A DNA stretch of 64,000 nt from NCBI GenBank assembly GCA_951406725.2, contig OX597819.1, positions 78,368,001 to 78,432,000 on the forward strand, written 5' to 3'. The notes beneath the pieces were generated by a model. That model was not told the origin of the DNA. It did not search any database and saw only the letters and a list, made by a program, of their open reading frames with translations. Each line of letters opens with the position of its first letter. The stretch's first letter is position 1. Source of the stretch: Octopus vulgaris. Taxonomy: Eukaryota. Position numbers and translations under genes: made by a program. This document shows, one piece after another, positions 63,753-64,000 of this stretch.

Positions 63753-64000
63753 TACATATATGTGTGTGTATATATATATACATATATATGTGTGTCTGCC
63801 TGCGTTATATATATATGTAGCCATGTAACGTACGTAGCTTTTTAACTGATTATATATTGATAACGAATTTAATTGTAGCCATGAAACGTACATAGTTTTT
63901 TTACTGATTATATATTGATTATTCATTTTTATACTTTTTGAGATCTAGTTATATGTTTTAGGCAAGTAAGTGTCTTCTACTGTAGCCTCGGGTCGACCAA

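Noticed and set aside
63817-63922. Local tandem duplication of about 60 bp (also 44625-44710 and 55095-55180)
   Set aside because: Ordinary slippage duplications with no further structure.

Overview
This is animal (eukaryotic) non-coding DNA, packed with microsatellites and old transposon remnants. The tRNA-derived SINE families and the microsatellite load point to an octopus or other coleoid cephalopod; this is inference and was not checked against a database. Nearly all ORFs in the supplied track are translations of simple repeats or SINEs, and no intact host gene, rRNA, functional tRNA or CRISPR array is visible. Recognisable elements: four or five SINE families (dozens of copies, some as head-to-tail multimers), a Dong/R4-type LINE remnant inside (TAA)n, a 5'-inverted RTE LINE, four Helitrons (one with a PIF1-helicase C-terminus), Tc2-, Tigger-, hAT-, mariner- and pogo/Fot1-like DNA elements, and a probable solo LTR. 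Unique islands between the repeats hold a few candidate exons: a 21-nt microexon at 11080-11100, an ATG-to-GTGAGT first coding exon at 34784-34917 that folds into a long hairpin, and a two-exon minus-strand fragment near 48.2-48.5 kb. The most unusual signals are several dispersed hammerhead-ribozyme-like motifs (one with a complete core at 33231-33280, four with identical spacing and a covarying helix II) and SINE multimers whose junctions suggest insertion into their own family.
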